Below, in pieces: positions 40,888-52,700 of a stretch of DNA of 64,000 bases; position 1 is the first letter of the stretch, and every line of letters begins with the position of its first letter. The translations under genes and the position numbers were made by a program. The DNA lies in NCBI GenBank assembly GCA_905178155.1, contig CAJINV010000013.1, positions 1,546,833 to 1,610,832 of the forward strand, read 5' to 3'. This DNA comes from Amoebophrya sp. A120 (Eukaryota; Protista; Dinoflagellata). The notes under the pieces were generated by a model. The model was not told the DNA's origin and did not search any database. It saw only the letters and a list, made by a program, of their open reading frames with translations.

Positions 40888-43800
40888 TTAATCATCCTCG
40901 TCGTGCTTGTCGTGGTCCTTTTTGGTATCAATACCAGTTCTAGTTGTGGTTCTTTTTGCTCTACTTCTACTTGTCGGCCCGGAGCCGGAAGCAGAATTTC
41001 CCTTACTGCTCTTGTCTTGACGCCCCTTCATCTTGCTGCTCTGTTCCACAGCTGCTCCACCGTTGTCCTCGGCCGAGTGACCTCCTCCTCGTCCTGGACG
41101 GTTTTGGTTTTTCATCACATGAGGCTTTTTCGACGAAGTACCTCCTGAAGTGGACTTCTCCTCCGCCAAAACGTTGTCGGTCTGGTCAGGTAACGTGATT
41201 TCTTCTTCGGTACAACTTTCGCGAATTTTCCTCTGAATGTCCTCCACCGTCAAGTCGTCCCGAATCGCGTCGATCACCCGGTCCACGGTGTACTTCGCAT
41301 TCGGAAAGGCCTTGTCGTTCCGCAACTTGTAGAGGCAAAACCCGTCTCGCGCTTGGTCGAACCGGCACTCCCAGACGCTACCATAGGACGAGGTGGTGTC
41401 ACCGGGACACGAAGAACTGCCGGAGGAAGGCTTGTTGTTTTTGCGCTGATCAACAAGAACCTCGACCTCGACGTCAGGCCCAGTTTTTGTTTTATTTTGT
41501 TCCGCAGTGTAAGCTCTAGTGCGTTGCTTGCAGAAAAGGTTTTCCATCATCAGCCTGGCCGCAACGTCCCACTGCCGCAGCTTCTTGTGCGTAAAACCTG
41601 AACCAGAAGCGAGGGAAGGACAGCTGTTTTGCTCTTCACGATTTGCAGTGCTGTTCATATTTCTTTTTCTTTCCTCCTCCTCTGCCCAGACCAAGTCGAA
41701 GACTTTCGCAAGCACCTCCTCTTTGGTGGACTATCAAATGTAAAAATGTCTGGGTCTGGAAGATTCTGACACTTGTCATGCACGTTTTGCATGAGCCCTG
41801 ATGTCTGTGATGCACGCCCTAGCATCACAGATTTTTTGAGAGCTTCTTGATGCCTATTCCGCATGACAAATGCCCTCTCCGCGTAGCAAGAATTACATTC
41901 CCTTATGGTACTCATGCAATACAGATTTTTTTTGGAATCCAAATCCAGCGTCACAAGTTGCATTCTTCCAGACCCAGACATTTGTACATTTGATATGGAC
42001 TTGCAGGTTCCAAACTTCACAAACTCATTGTTGTCCACGATGAAAAGGTCGAGGGAAAGAAGGGACGAAGCGGGTGTAATCATTTCTTCGTCTGCATGGA
42101 GATTTGCTCCTCCTTCTTCCATTTTCAGCATCTGATTGATCAGGTCCGCATCGGAGGAGGATGACGACGTTTTGACAGCGCTAGTGGAGGTTCGCCGACT
42201 CCGTCTGGTTCTTTTAGGACTTCTGGTCACTCCTTCGCTCCTCCTTTGCCGTCGCTTTCGTCGCGAAGATGCTTTTCCGTCCTTCTCCGCCGCTTTATTT
42301 TGCGTTTGCTCGCTGTTGCTGCTGTTCTTTTCTCGTTCATGTCGCTTGCGCTTGCGGGCTAAATGACAATGCCCTACATCTTCCAGCTGGTCTTGGTGAA
42401 AATCCAGAGTGGAGCCCTCATCTGCGTTTATTTCTGCCATTTCGTCGTCGTTTTCGAGGTCGTGACTGTCATCTTCGAGAACTACATCATCATCCCTATC
42501 CAGGTGGTCCGAGTTGCTCCTATCGCCCGAAAGAGACCACGACCTTGATTTCTTTTCCACATCACGATCTTCTGCACTATCATCAGATTCGTCTTCCACG
42601 TCGTCACAATCCACATCCACTTCCTCTTCAGCCGAAGTGTTGCAAGAAAAGTCCTCCGCTTCGTCCTCCAAATCGGTTTGTAGATCGCTTATCTCTTCTT
42701 CATCACTTTCCTGCGCGGACGAAAACCGCACCAGAAAATCGACCGTGTTCAGCTCCATGGGTTTCCACTTGAAAGCCGTCTTGACTGTTTGGCACCGGTA
42801 CGGTTCGTGCAAGGGGGTGAACACAAACCCGTCGTTCTCGTGGTTGGCCCGTTTCGTCTCCTCCCGACACTCGTCGAAATACTTCATCTTGTAAAACTGC
42901 TTGCACCGGACGTGCAGGAGGTTTTCCAACGGGTGTTTGCACGTCTTCATGTTCACGTCGTCGTCATCCAGAGGGAGTAGTACTTCATCTCCCTTTATTT
43001 GCCGTACACGCAGCGCAGCCCCGCTGGAAAAATTCTCAACAGCAAGCTCCTGGTCATTGCACACTTCTCCCACACCATGTTCCAAAACGTCTTGCTCGAC
43101 TTGAGTTCCAGTTTCCGCCCCGCACGATGAACTGCAGCCTCTTGCTGTTCTCGCCCCGAACGGTGATTTCATATCTGCAGAGGGAGCGGTCGCGGTTGTG
43201 CCCTTGTTGATATTATTTTTGCCCGCACACATCCGCAGAATGGCGGCGCTCCACTCGTGCTCAGCCTTGAGGATGACGGGCAGCGTGTGCTGGCGGTTGG
43301 CCAGGTGCGTGTTGAATCCCGTGTTGCAGCGTCGCGAGGCCGCGAGGAGCGCGTTTGTGTCTTCCAGTGTTCCGTTCAAATCCGAGAACACAATGCTCCA
43401 CACCGGCTGATACGTGGCGGCGGCCTTCAACCGGAAATCCAGGGGCAGGTAGGAAACATCCTTCCCGTCCTGCACCACGCAGTCAAAAGCTAGGAAGAAG
43501 AGTTTATTTTTTCTCTGCTCCCCCGAACCCGTGGAGGCGGAAGCATCTGGGATTCTCTCGACACACAGCTCCCCATCCAGGAGCCAATCCGGCTGGAAGC
43601 AGTACCGGAGAAACTGGTTTAGTCCTCCTCCGCCTGCACGACGGCGGCCCCTGCCATCCTTTTCCCCCGCCCGGTCGTCGACCTCGTGCACGACATCAGC
43701 AGCCAAGATCGTCGAAGCAGTACTGGGCCCCGTGATATCGTGCTGCTGGTCCCCCGCGTCAGTTGTGCTCGTCCGCTTCTTGCACGAAGTTGTACTAGAC

Positions 43801-44668
43801 CCGCCCTGGTTATGGTGCAGCTTCATGCGGTGCTCGTCGTGGTTCTTGTCGTACCACCTGATCTCCTCTATCTTGCATTTTCGGTCGATCAGAAACACTC
43901 GCGCGTTCTTCTCCAAGAGAAAGTAGCGGTCCCCGTCCGTCTTTTTATGGAAGCGTCAGGTTTGAAATCGTCAAAGTTGAAATACTTTGTAATGCATAAA
44001 ATGCATGACCCGAGGTACGTGTGTTGCAGAGCAGGCAAGTGAGGCCGATTGTAAGCCTGTTTGGGGTTACAGCTCGAGCTGCTAAAGTAGCATGAGAAAA
44101 TCGCTCTTCTTTGCCTAAACAGCACGACAGACTGGATTTGGGTGCTCGCGAAATTTGTCATGCGCCACTTGGAAACTGAGTCTCCAACTGGCATCCCATC
44201 GATTTTGTGCATCACAAATTTTTCGATTTTGTCAATTTCGATTCTGACACATCCATACTTTTCACAAACCGCGTAGTCCTCGACTTGGAACGCAAAGGGT
44301 TTGGTTTCGGGTTCCCCGTCCCGGTTGTACTCCTTTATCGGGACGGTGTCGAACAAGAATTCCTTGGTCAGCGACACGGGCTGCATCCCCGGGAACTGGA
44401 GCCGCTGGTCCCCGTACCGCACGTAGTCGCAAATTAGCTGCAGCAGGAAGCGCCGTTCCTCGGGGCACGTCACCAGGCTCAGGTAGCCGTCCAGCGTTTG
44501 CTTCTTAAACGCCTCCAGAGAGGCCGTTGCGGTGGAGACGACGACCTGGGGAGGTCCGGACGGCGCAAGAACTACGCCGTGGGACTTCGATTGCAGTTCT
44601 CCTCCACCAGGGGGGCATGGCATGGCTGAGGGGTGCTGCATAGTACTCGCGCTCTGCCGCCCGGTCAT
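40888..44668 (-). CDS. mRNA capping enzyme guanylyltransferase (Ceg1-like, ~1064 aa, long low-complexity insertions); 2 IEs
   Basis: FPGMQPVSL, motif I VCEK-TDG, III LLDGE, IIIa FLAFD, IV DGFVF, V FKWKP, VI RNDKAFPN. Confidence 0.92.
41732..41995. mobile_element. Introner element, family A
   Basis: TIR; perfect TGGAC direct repeat; joins CKS-TKEEV. Confidence 0.92.
43946..44257. mobile_element. Introner element, family B, inside the KxDG motif
   Basis: TIR; perfect CTTTT direct repeat. Confidence 0.92.
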
Positions 44669-47049
44669 TCGCAAATAGCCATGAGTCTACTTGCGGCTAA
44701 AGGTTGAGAGCAGTAGAGGCTTAGGCTCTACCAACTAGTTCACATGGGACCACATCGGTGAGCATCACCTAGCCGCAATTGAAAACTTTTCACGTTCTAC
44801 TGGGTAGATCACACTTTTTTTCACTTGAATAAAATAGTACGTGTCTTATATGATTGAGTAGACATGTCCAGTAGCGAGCTCGCGATGTCCTTGGAGCAAA
44901 AAAATGAAATTAGTACTCGATGGGCAATACTTCCCCTAAATGTCTAAACCTGAATCTATCAGAATTATGCTCCTCTTCTGTTAAAGTCATTTTCAAAGAA
45001 GCATGTAGTAGTAGAAGTGATGTGCTGTCAAGCGTATCAAGATCCCAGCGACTCACTTTTTTTTTTCTGCCTTTTCTCAGTCTTCTCAAAAGACTGGGAA
45101 AATCGCTTTGATCCTGACGCACATTCCGTGTCGTTCATTGCTATTTCAACATAGGAGATTTAGTCACACGAGATCGCCGTAGTCGTGATCGTGCCATAAA
45201 TTGTTTGTCGTTTTTCCAGATCCATCGATTTTTGTGTGGAGCTGCAGATCGGACCAAGTAGAAGTTGCACGCACGACATCTTCAAGGATCATTCTTTACT
45301 GTGGTTCGCCCAATAAACTGACTCAGAAATGGAGATTGAGGATCGCTCTGCGTCGTTCTTCTTTTCGCATCCGAGGAAGGCATGCCAACGTCGACGCGAT
45401 CCAGGCGAAATTTTACCGGAGCCAAAACCGTAGTCACATGCTGGAGATCGCAACAAGGAGCTATTAGCTGATCGAGCCTTTTTTTCATTGTCAAACAACC
45501 AACCGACGGCGAGAGTAAATCTAAGACAACGATCCGTTGTTTCCTGCACTAAAAAGGAGACCACTTTGGATCTCTCACAAAATGTGTACAAAAACCAGGA
45601 TTTTTGAAGCCGAAGATAAATGAACGCTCGCGCTCGGCACGGCCACGTGATAAAAAGACGGAAACGGAACATCTTTCAAAAAATTTCAAAACTTTTTGGT
45701 CAACAGCTGTAGTAGTCGTTCGAAGATTTTTTCGATGAAGAAATTCACCACATTCCTACTTTTTTTCCTATGCGAAATCTACTTCTTGCAATCGCTTTGC
45801 GATTATATATTTCTTTTCGACAATGTGTATCGGTTTCTTCCGGCACGCAACCCAGCTTCATCGATTTTCGCGCGCCTTGGTGGAATTCTAACTATGTAAG
45901 TACATCCAAAATAATCGTCATTTTTGTACAGGTGCTGGAGAGGGAAACTTTGCAAACGTCCCTGTGGGGATCAGGACTGGTATTCAACTCATTGCAGTGA
46001 GAATGACATCGTGATGCTCGCAAATTAGTTGATTCTCCTCCTGCATTGTAGGACGACGAGAGAACCTACTTCTGAATTTATTAGAAAAAAGCCTGCCCGA
46101 CGCTCTGCGTTTTTAATTATTGTTCTGAAAACCTCCCCTGCCCCCAGAGCTCTTCGAAGTGTTTGCATTGCAAACTTTCCGCATGGAAACCCCTTGTAGG
46201 ATTCCATTCCGAGGAGGCCGCCGACACAGATGTATCGCCACTTACGGTCGAAAATTTGTCATGCTGATAGCCAATGCACGAGAACGGACGCGGCAGATGT
46301 TTCCATGCATAATAGAAGGGGATCTGTGCATGACAAAGATTTACTCCCCATTCTGGGGACATAGGAGTATTCTCCACGTTGATAATCAGCGGCATCTCTT
46401 CTATTTTTAGAAGTGCGTAGAGTTTTAAAAAAAGCTGAAAGCTCAAAGAATTAATACTACGGCGAAGTCATTGCTATATCTAGAGATGACAACAAGCACA
46501 CCCTGCATACCAGACTTTGAACTCATTGCAGTCTTCTCTTGAAGTCCTCTTTGTTGCGAACTGTTTATCATTATGTGCAAGGGTGGGTTACCTGTAGCAC
46601 GTGTTTCTTCGGAAACAAGTTAACTTAAACTTTTTTGTGTTACATCATTGACTATGGTTACTAGTAGCCAGCGGTAGGGTAATATTTATACATATAATTC
46701 GACAAAATCCAATCACAACAAATTCTCGGAACAAATGTTTTTGCTAGAATTAGGAAAAAAGTTGAACGAATAACGTAGGTCTCTACCACCAACCTTAAAC
46801 TTTTGTGAATTTCTCAAGCAGCTTCTTCGTACAGCGATGAAGCTTTGTTCTTTGACTCCCGTTTCCTTGTTTCCTCCTCCGCACAATGAAAGAAGGGATA
46901 CAGAAGTATAAACGTATCCTTTTTTTCACTTCTTCAAGAACGCGTGGAACAACCGATTGAATACTGCCCGTCCCGGCGTCACCTCGAAAGTTGCCGTCTT
47001 GGAGGACCCCGGTTTTACGCTGAAGCTCGCTTTTGCTACTTTTCGCCCG

Positions 47050-47525
47050 TATCAAACTGAAAGTGCGGCCCCACCCGCATCCCCAAAGAAATAGAGCGGG
47101 AAGCATGTCGGACGCAAAGTCTCTGTCTTGCATGAAAGGACTACGCATCTCGCTGATTCAGCTTGAAGCTTGTTCTAGGCATGCAAAGGATCTTTTACAT
47201 GACAAGTTCTGCTGTTTTTGCGAGGCTATCATCATCATCATCATCATCATCATCATCTTTCTTGCATATGGAAGGGCTGCTAGGGGTTTTTGGGACTTGT
47301 CCTCGTTATCGTTTAGCGCAGCATTCGAAGTACGGGTAGTGCAGAATACAAATTTGGATAGCGCAGCATTCGCTTTAGTAAACACAAATTTTTGCTCTTC
47401 TGCAGCGCAAACTTGTGATCCTGATGTTGCAGGCACTGTGGCAAATGTTTGCGTGGGATTGCGAAAGTTTTGCAATACAAACATTTCCTTCTCCTGGGAT
47501 GGGGACTACGCATTTCCTGTTGATA
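47050..47525. mobile_element. Degenerate family C-like element containing an (ATC)n microsatellite
   Basis: TATCAA..GAAA.TGCG..CCCC-like ends; no direct repeat left. Confidence 0.5.
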
Positions 47526-47588
47526 AACTAGCTCGCTTTCTCACATTGAACGTCACCTTCCTTGCAGTTGGTGATGTCCCCCCGGCTA

Positions 47589-47805
47589 TATCAAATGCAA
47601 ACCTGTCTAGGTCTTGAAAAGTGCATGTAATAATTGTCATCAAGTTTCTACGTCACCCAGAGGCCCTAGTAGCGTAAGTAGCAGGTTTTGAGAACATCAT
47701 GCTCAATTCGCATGAGATTAAATTCCTTCTAACGACTCTTTCTGGACACCTCTTCATCACCAGTTTGCATGACTACTACACCCCCAGACATATTTGCAGT
47801 TAATA
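47589..47805. mobile_element. Degenerate family A element
   Basis: TATCAAATGCAAACCTGTCT / CAGACATATTTGCAGTTAATA; decayed direct repeat. Confidence 0.6.
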
Positions 47806-49703
47806 GAGCAGCTGTTCTTGCTTATTCTTTTCCATGTTGCCACTCTGCACGTTCTATGCATTGTTACAGTATCGCACTCGTACTCATCGTAATGCTGATG
47901 CTGCATCACAGATTTCTGTCTCGCATATCAACATAAAAATGTTCTTTATGAAAAGTACATAATTGCGCTGTGTTCATCTCCCTGCCGAAACCTTATTTCA
48001 TGCAATCCCTACAAACGCGATACTTTTGCACGGGGTACGTTGAAAGTGAGCTGCTTGTTGGTAGAAGATCCAGAACCAGCAGCAGCAGCACGGGAAGTTC
48101 TTGTAAGACCCGCTTCCATCTTCTCGTCATCGTCCTCACGAGGACCAGGCCCCGTTCGCTTTGCAGCTTTCGTGTTCAACGTCGCTACCTTGGCGGAGCT
48201 GCTGTCGTGCGTGGGATCTGTAATTGTGCCAACAAGTAGTCCGCCCTGATCATGAGAATTCCCAGTGACTAACTGCGTCCGGCTTGTCAACAGGGTGACT
48301 GGGGCAGCGGTTGTGGTTGTGCCATCACTGTCACAATTTCCATTGTCCACCGGGGTCTGAAGACACGGAATCGTGGGCTCCATGGGATCGTCGCAACTCC
48401 CTGCAGTATACCGCAGCACGGTGGGAGTGGCAGCTCCTCCCGAAAAATCCCCGAAGATTTTCCATCCCTCGGAGCCCGTCTGACCGCTCTGCTCCTTTGC
48501 GCGAGGCATTTGCCCGGTGACGCGAGACAGAATTTCGCACGCCGAATTTGGCAGAGAAGTGCCATTATCTGTATAATTTTTACGTATTTTTTAAATATTT
48601 TTTCTCGACGTGACCGCCAACGGTGCACACTACTTGCGCTAATCATGACTTACTCGTCCTGTGTAGTGCTGCGCAGGTACTATGCATAGGCTTGAAACGG
48701 ACACGACAAGCACGAGCGGAAGTAGAAGAGATCGCTTCTTGTATACCAGCTCGATAGACAACTACAGAAACTGAAATCACATCAAACTAAAGTTGCGACA
48801 ACATGATCATGATGCTCCTGATTGCGTACGTGTAGAAGAACCTACCGCCGACAAGAAATAAAACCTGACAACTTGCAAGTGGATGAGTAAGCTATACCAT
48901 TTCGCACCACTGTCGTTGTCCGGAAGCCTCGACAATCCGAATCCGAGACGCAGCGCGACTCACATTCTTTTGTGTTTTTGACGTCGACGGGGTCCAACCC
49001 GGCCTGTAAAAAACTCGTCCGTGACGCATGCTACAGAAAAGCACACCCATACCAGAAAATACTTACTTATAGTATTTCTATTTGTGTTGCTAAGAAATTG
49101 GTGTCACTACCTCTCTCGCTGACGCTGAGCCAGCAAGAGAGGTGCTTTTTCGCCACTTATCAAAATGCATATCATCGTGGGATCGATATTATGCGGATCA
49201 AGATCATTAAAAGGGGCGACAATTTTCTAATTCTGAACGCAAAAACGTTGTTCTTTTGGGTACGCCAGAAAATCCTGACAAATCGACGACGAACAGGTAT
49301 GCGTGTGCTTTTCTGAAGGATATGACTCCATAATTTCATACTTGGACGTATCAATCTCATACCACCAGTCCCATTTGACATTACATGTTTGAGTGCGAGG
49401 CGGCAGGGTTGTGGTTGGACAGATCGTGGTGATACGCGCGAGTCCCAAATTGGGACTGTGGCACCATATCCACAAAAAAAACCTGTGTTAGCGCATGAGC
49501 TGTTCTACTAGTAAGAACTTTCCATTGCCAACAATGCAAGAAAGATGAACGATTTGCTATGCTGGACATAATCCTACTTCAAGGCCTCCTTTGTTTTCTG
49601 AATGCCGAAACTTGTTCCATTTGCCGCACTAGCAGTTGGTGGATTTTTTCTGTCATGCAGGGAATATTTGGCGAGAAGATGCTGGCGCCACTTACTGTCT
49701 TCA

Positions 49704-52700
49704 TCAAATTACACTAACACCGTTCTTTTCTTCCTCCGGGATACAGCAAACCTGCACCCTATTATACTCGTCGGAAAGCACGTCGGAAATTTCCTTTGTT
49801 TCTTTCACCCACGTGCTGTTTTCAAAGTTGCACTGGTTCTTGAAGCACTCCACCGCCTGGGCAGGACGCGAGCACTTCAAGGGCACAGTTTCCGCCACCG
49901 AGACCAGTCCATTAGGAGGCGAGTAGGTTGTGGTCGATGTGGTCGAGGTGGCTGGTGAATATTAACAGCTAGCTTTATGATGCAGCTCGTGTTCTTGGAA
50001 CCGTTAACTGCCCGGTGGATGACGATACAGAACAACAACAACAACAACAATTAAGTACAATAATACTATGTGTATGACCACAACATCATGCACACAGAGT
50101 GTAGAAGACGGAGCGGATGGAAAAGTACACAGGCAGAAAAAAACCAAAGAATATGAATAGCAATATCGTTTCATAAAAAATACTGGTTGGGCAGATTCCG
50201 GGAATGTTCCATCCGTACTGATTTTGGGGTTTGTAGCAGCACTGATCCACGATCGCCTCTTGAAGTTGGGACACCAACACGTTCGCGGTTCCATTCGAAA
50301 CCGAATCCACTTTTTTCAAGTCCGACGTCCAGCTCGCACTGGCCGAGATGCCAACGTTGTCTCTGTCTCGCACGTAATTTGTATTCACACCGTCAGCGAG
50401 CAAAATATCGGGTGAGACCACCTTCAGGGGGTTCGCGTAACTCAGCGGCGCGAAGTACTCCGTCTTAAAGTTCAGCGTGTATTTGCCCGATCCTGTTTTG
50501 TGGGCCTCGTGCATGCCGGACTGACCGTTTTTGTCCGCGCATTGGTTGATCAGGCAGTATTCCAGTGGGTAGCCCACGACATCATCTTCGTCCTCACAAG
50601 ACTGCATCCAAGGAAAAAACACCGCGACAGTCACAGTTTTCACATTTTTGCACCTCTAGCATAACATATTGCGGAAACACAACAGACACATGGCGATGAC
50701 ACGAATTTTTTGTATTGCAAAACTGTGCAAAAGTGAACATTGTGAGTATGTTTTGTTCTTGGATAGACTTGAGAGTCGTGGTACTCGTTGACGTTGTCGT
50801 TGGGCATTTCTTTATCAAATGCAGAACTGTCTGGGTCTACAAAGATGCAGGTGTTTGTCATGCAGGCTTTGCATCGCACGATGGATCTTAGATGCACGCA
50901 AAACCACTGCAGGTTCCTCGCCGCAGGAGCACGCCTCTTAATGTCAGTCTTACACGAGAAATGCGCTACTTGCGTAGCAGACATTCAGCAACTTTACTTC
51001 GAGCTCATGCAACGATCCAAATCCAGAGTTCCCATTACAAGGTACTTTTTCACTCGTCCAGGCCCAGAGATAAGATATTTGCACTCGATATTCTTGTTCT
51101 CTTCCCAATTCTTTGGCTTTTGGCAGCACACGTCTATTGCAGTGGCCATCACGGAAATACCATACACCGGCTGGAAAGTGGCTCCGGTAGTCTCAACGCC
51201 GTCGCATTCGTTTTCACTGCAAAGGGTCTATCCAGTGCAAATATGACTGGGTCTGGACGAGTCATGCTGCTTTTGCATGACGCAGTAGGTCTGGCATGGA
51301 AGCTCTAGCATCACAGGTTTCGAGAAGCTTCCGCAATGCCGAATCCACATGACAAATTCCCCATTCTGGTGACAAAAAGTGCGCAGCTTTTGCCGAGATT
51401 TTTATGTGTTGCGAAATGCGCATCACAAGTCGCATCCTTCCAGACATCCAGGGATATTTGCAGTTCATAGGGTCACGACATCGTTGTGAGAGCAAGCGAA
51501 GGTGGTGGTGGTCGTCGTGGCTGTTGTTGGAGCACAGGTTTGATGAAATTGGAATGTCAAAACCGCCGGGACGTCGGGGCGCTCCTAGAAATCAAACCTC
51601 AGAAGTCGTGAAAGGAAATAAAGGACCAATGGAAGATAATATTGTAATTACTACTTAGCACTTACTTACTCGTCGGGCACACACTGCCGTCATTCATCTC
51701 CGGCCGCCGACAGCAGTTCTGCACAATCGCCTGCTGTATCTCTGGCGACTGATCCTCCATTTGCACAGAATCCTGGTATGCCAAATTGCTCTTGCCTTTG
51801 TCATCGAAATCAAATTGTTTCCCGACATCCCCTATGAACTCGCCTTGAATGGGAGCCGGGTAGTTTGGATCGACTTCGAAGTAGTGATTTCCCGTGGCGG
51901 CGTCGGCACATAGATTCAACTGACAAGCGGCATACGCGTTCGGTAGTGCCACCCTACCGGCCACATCCCCGCCGCACGTGTATAAGTGCGTAGTCGAGAC
52001 CGCACTTCCTGCGTTGACTTTTTTCCCCAGAAGCCGTGCTTCGGTACCGGACCCTTTCGCCTCCAAATTGAAGTGCAGCTCACTAGCATCAGCGGGAAAC
52101 ACAGTGCCCCCGACTTAGATTGTTGGAAAATAATTGTTTCCGATACTTACACAACCACAAAACCACCTTTTCGATGCAAAATTTCCCTGCGAAAAGAACG
52201 TGTCGAAACTCTACTTATCCGCGTTACACATATTGCATTATCGAGTCGATATCTGCCTCTGCCGTGTTGATTGCAATATACAAAATCGATCTCGAAAATG
52301 AAAAGAAGTGCGTGGCGTTCCTTTCTTGCGTAGAGATAGACAAAAAACGACTCATCATCATTCATCCTGCGCTTGGAATGGAAAACACTTCGAATTTCTG
52401 GGGACAGTGCAGTTTCCGATAGCGTAATTGGTTGTCGACTTCAGCTCTTCCCCAGTTCTTATCTTCCTCGCCAATGCAGATTGCGCATCCTTCACGTTGT
52501 TTATGTCGTACCAGGAACTACTTGTCGTGCTTTTTACCACGTCGCTTATTTCCTGCCCACTTTCTTTGTCGTTGTCCCCCCGCTCCCCTGGCTCTTCTTC
52601 CACGCTAAATGTCAGCTCGGAGGTTGACGACTGCAAGGGCTTCCCTGCCTTTATCTTTTATCAAGTCCAAATATTATGTCTGGGTCTGGAAGAGTGTAAG

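Noticed and set aside
46118-46384. Additional family C-like element
   Set aside because: Ends are too degenerate, there is no direct repeat and no frame test was possible; likely a relic but not called
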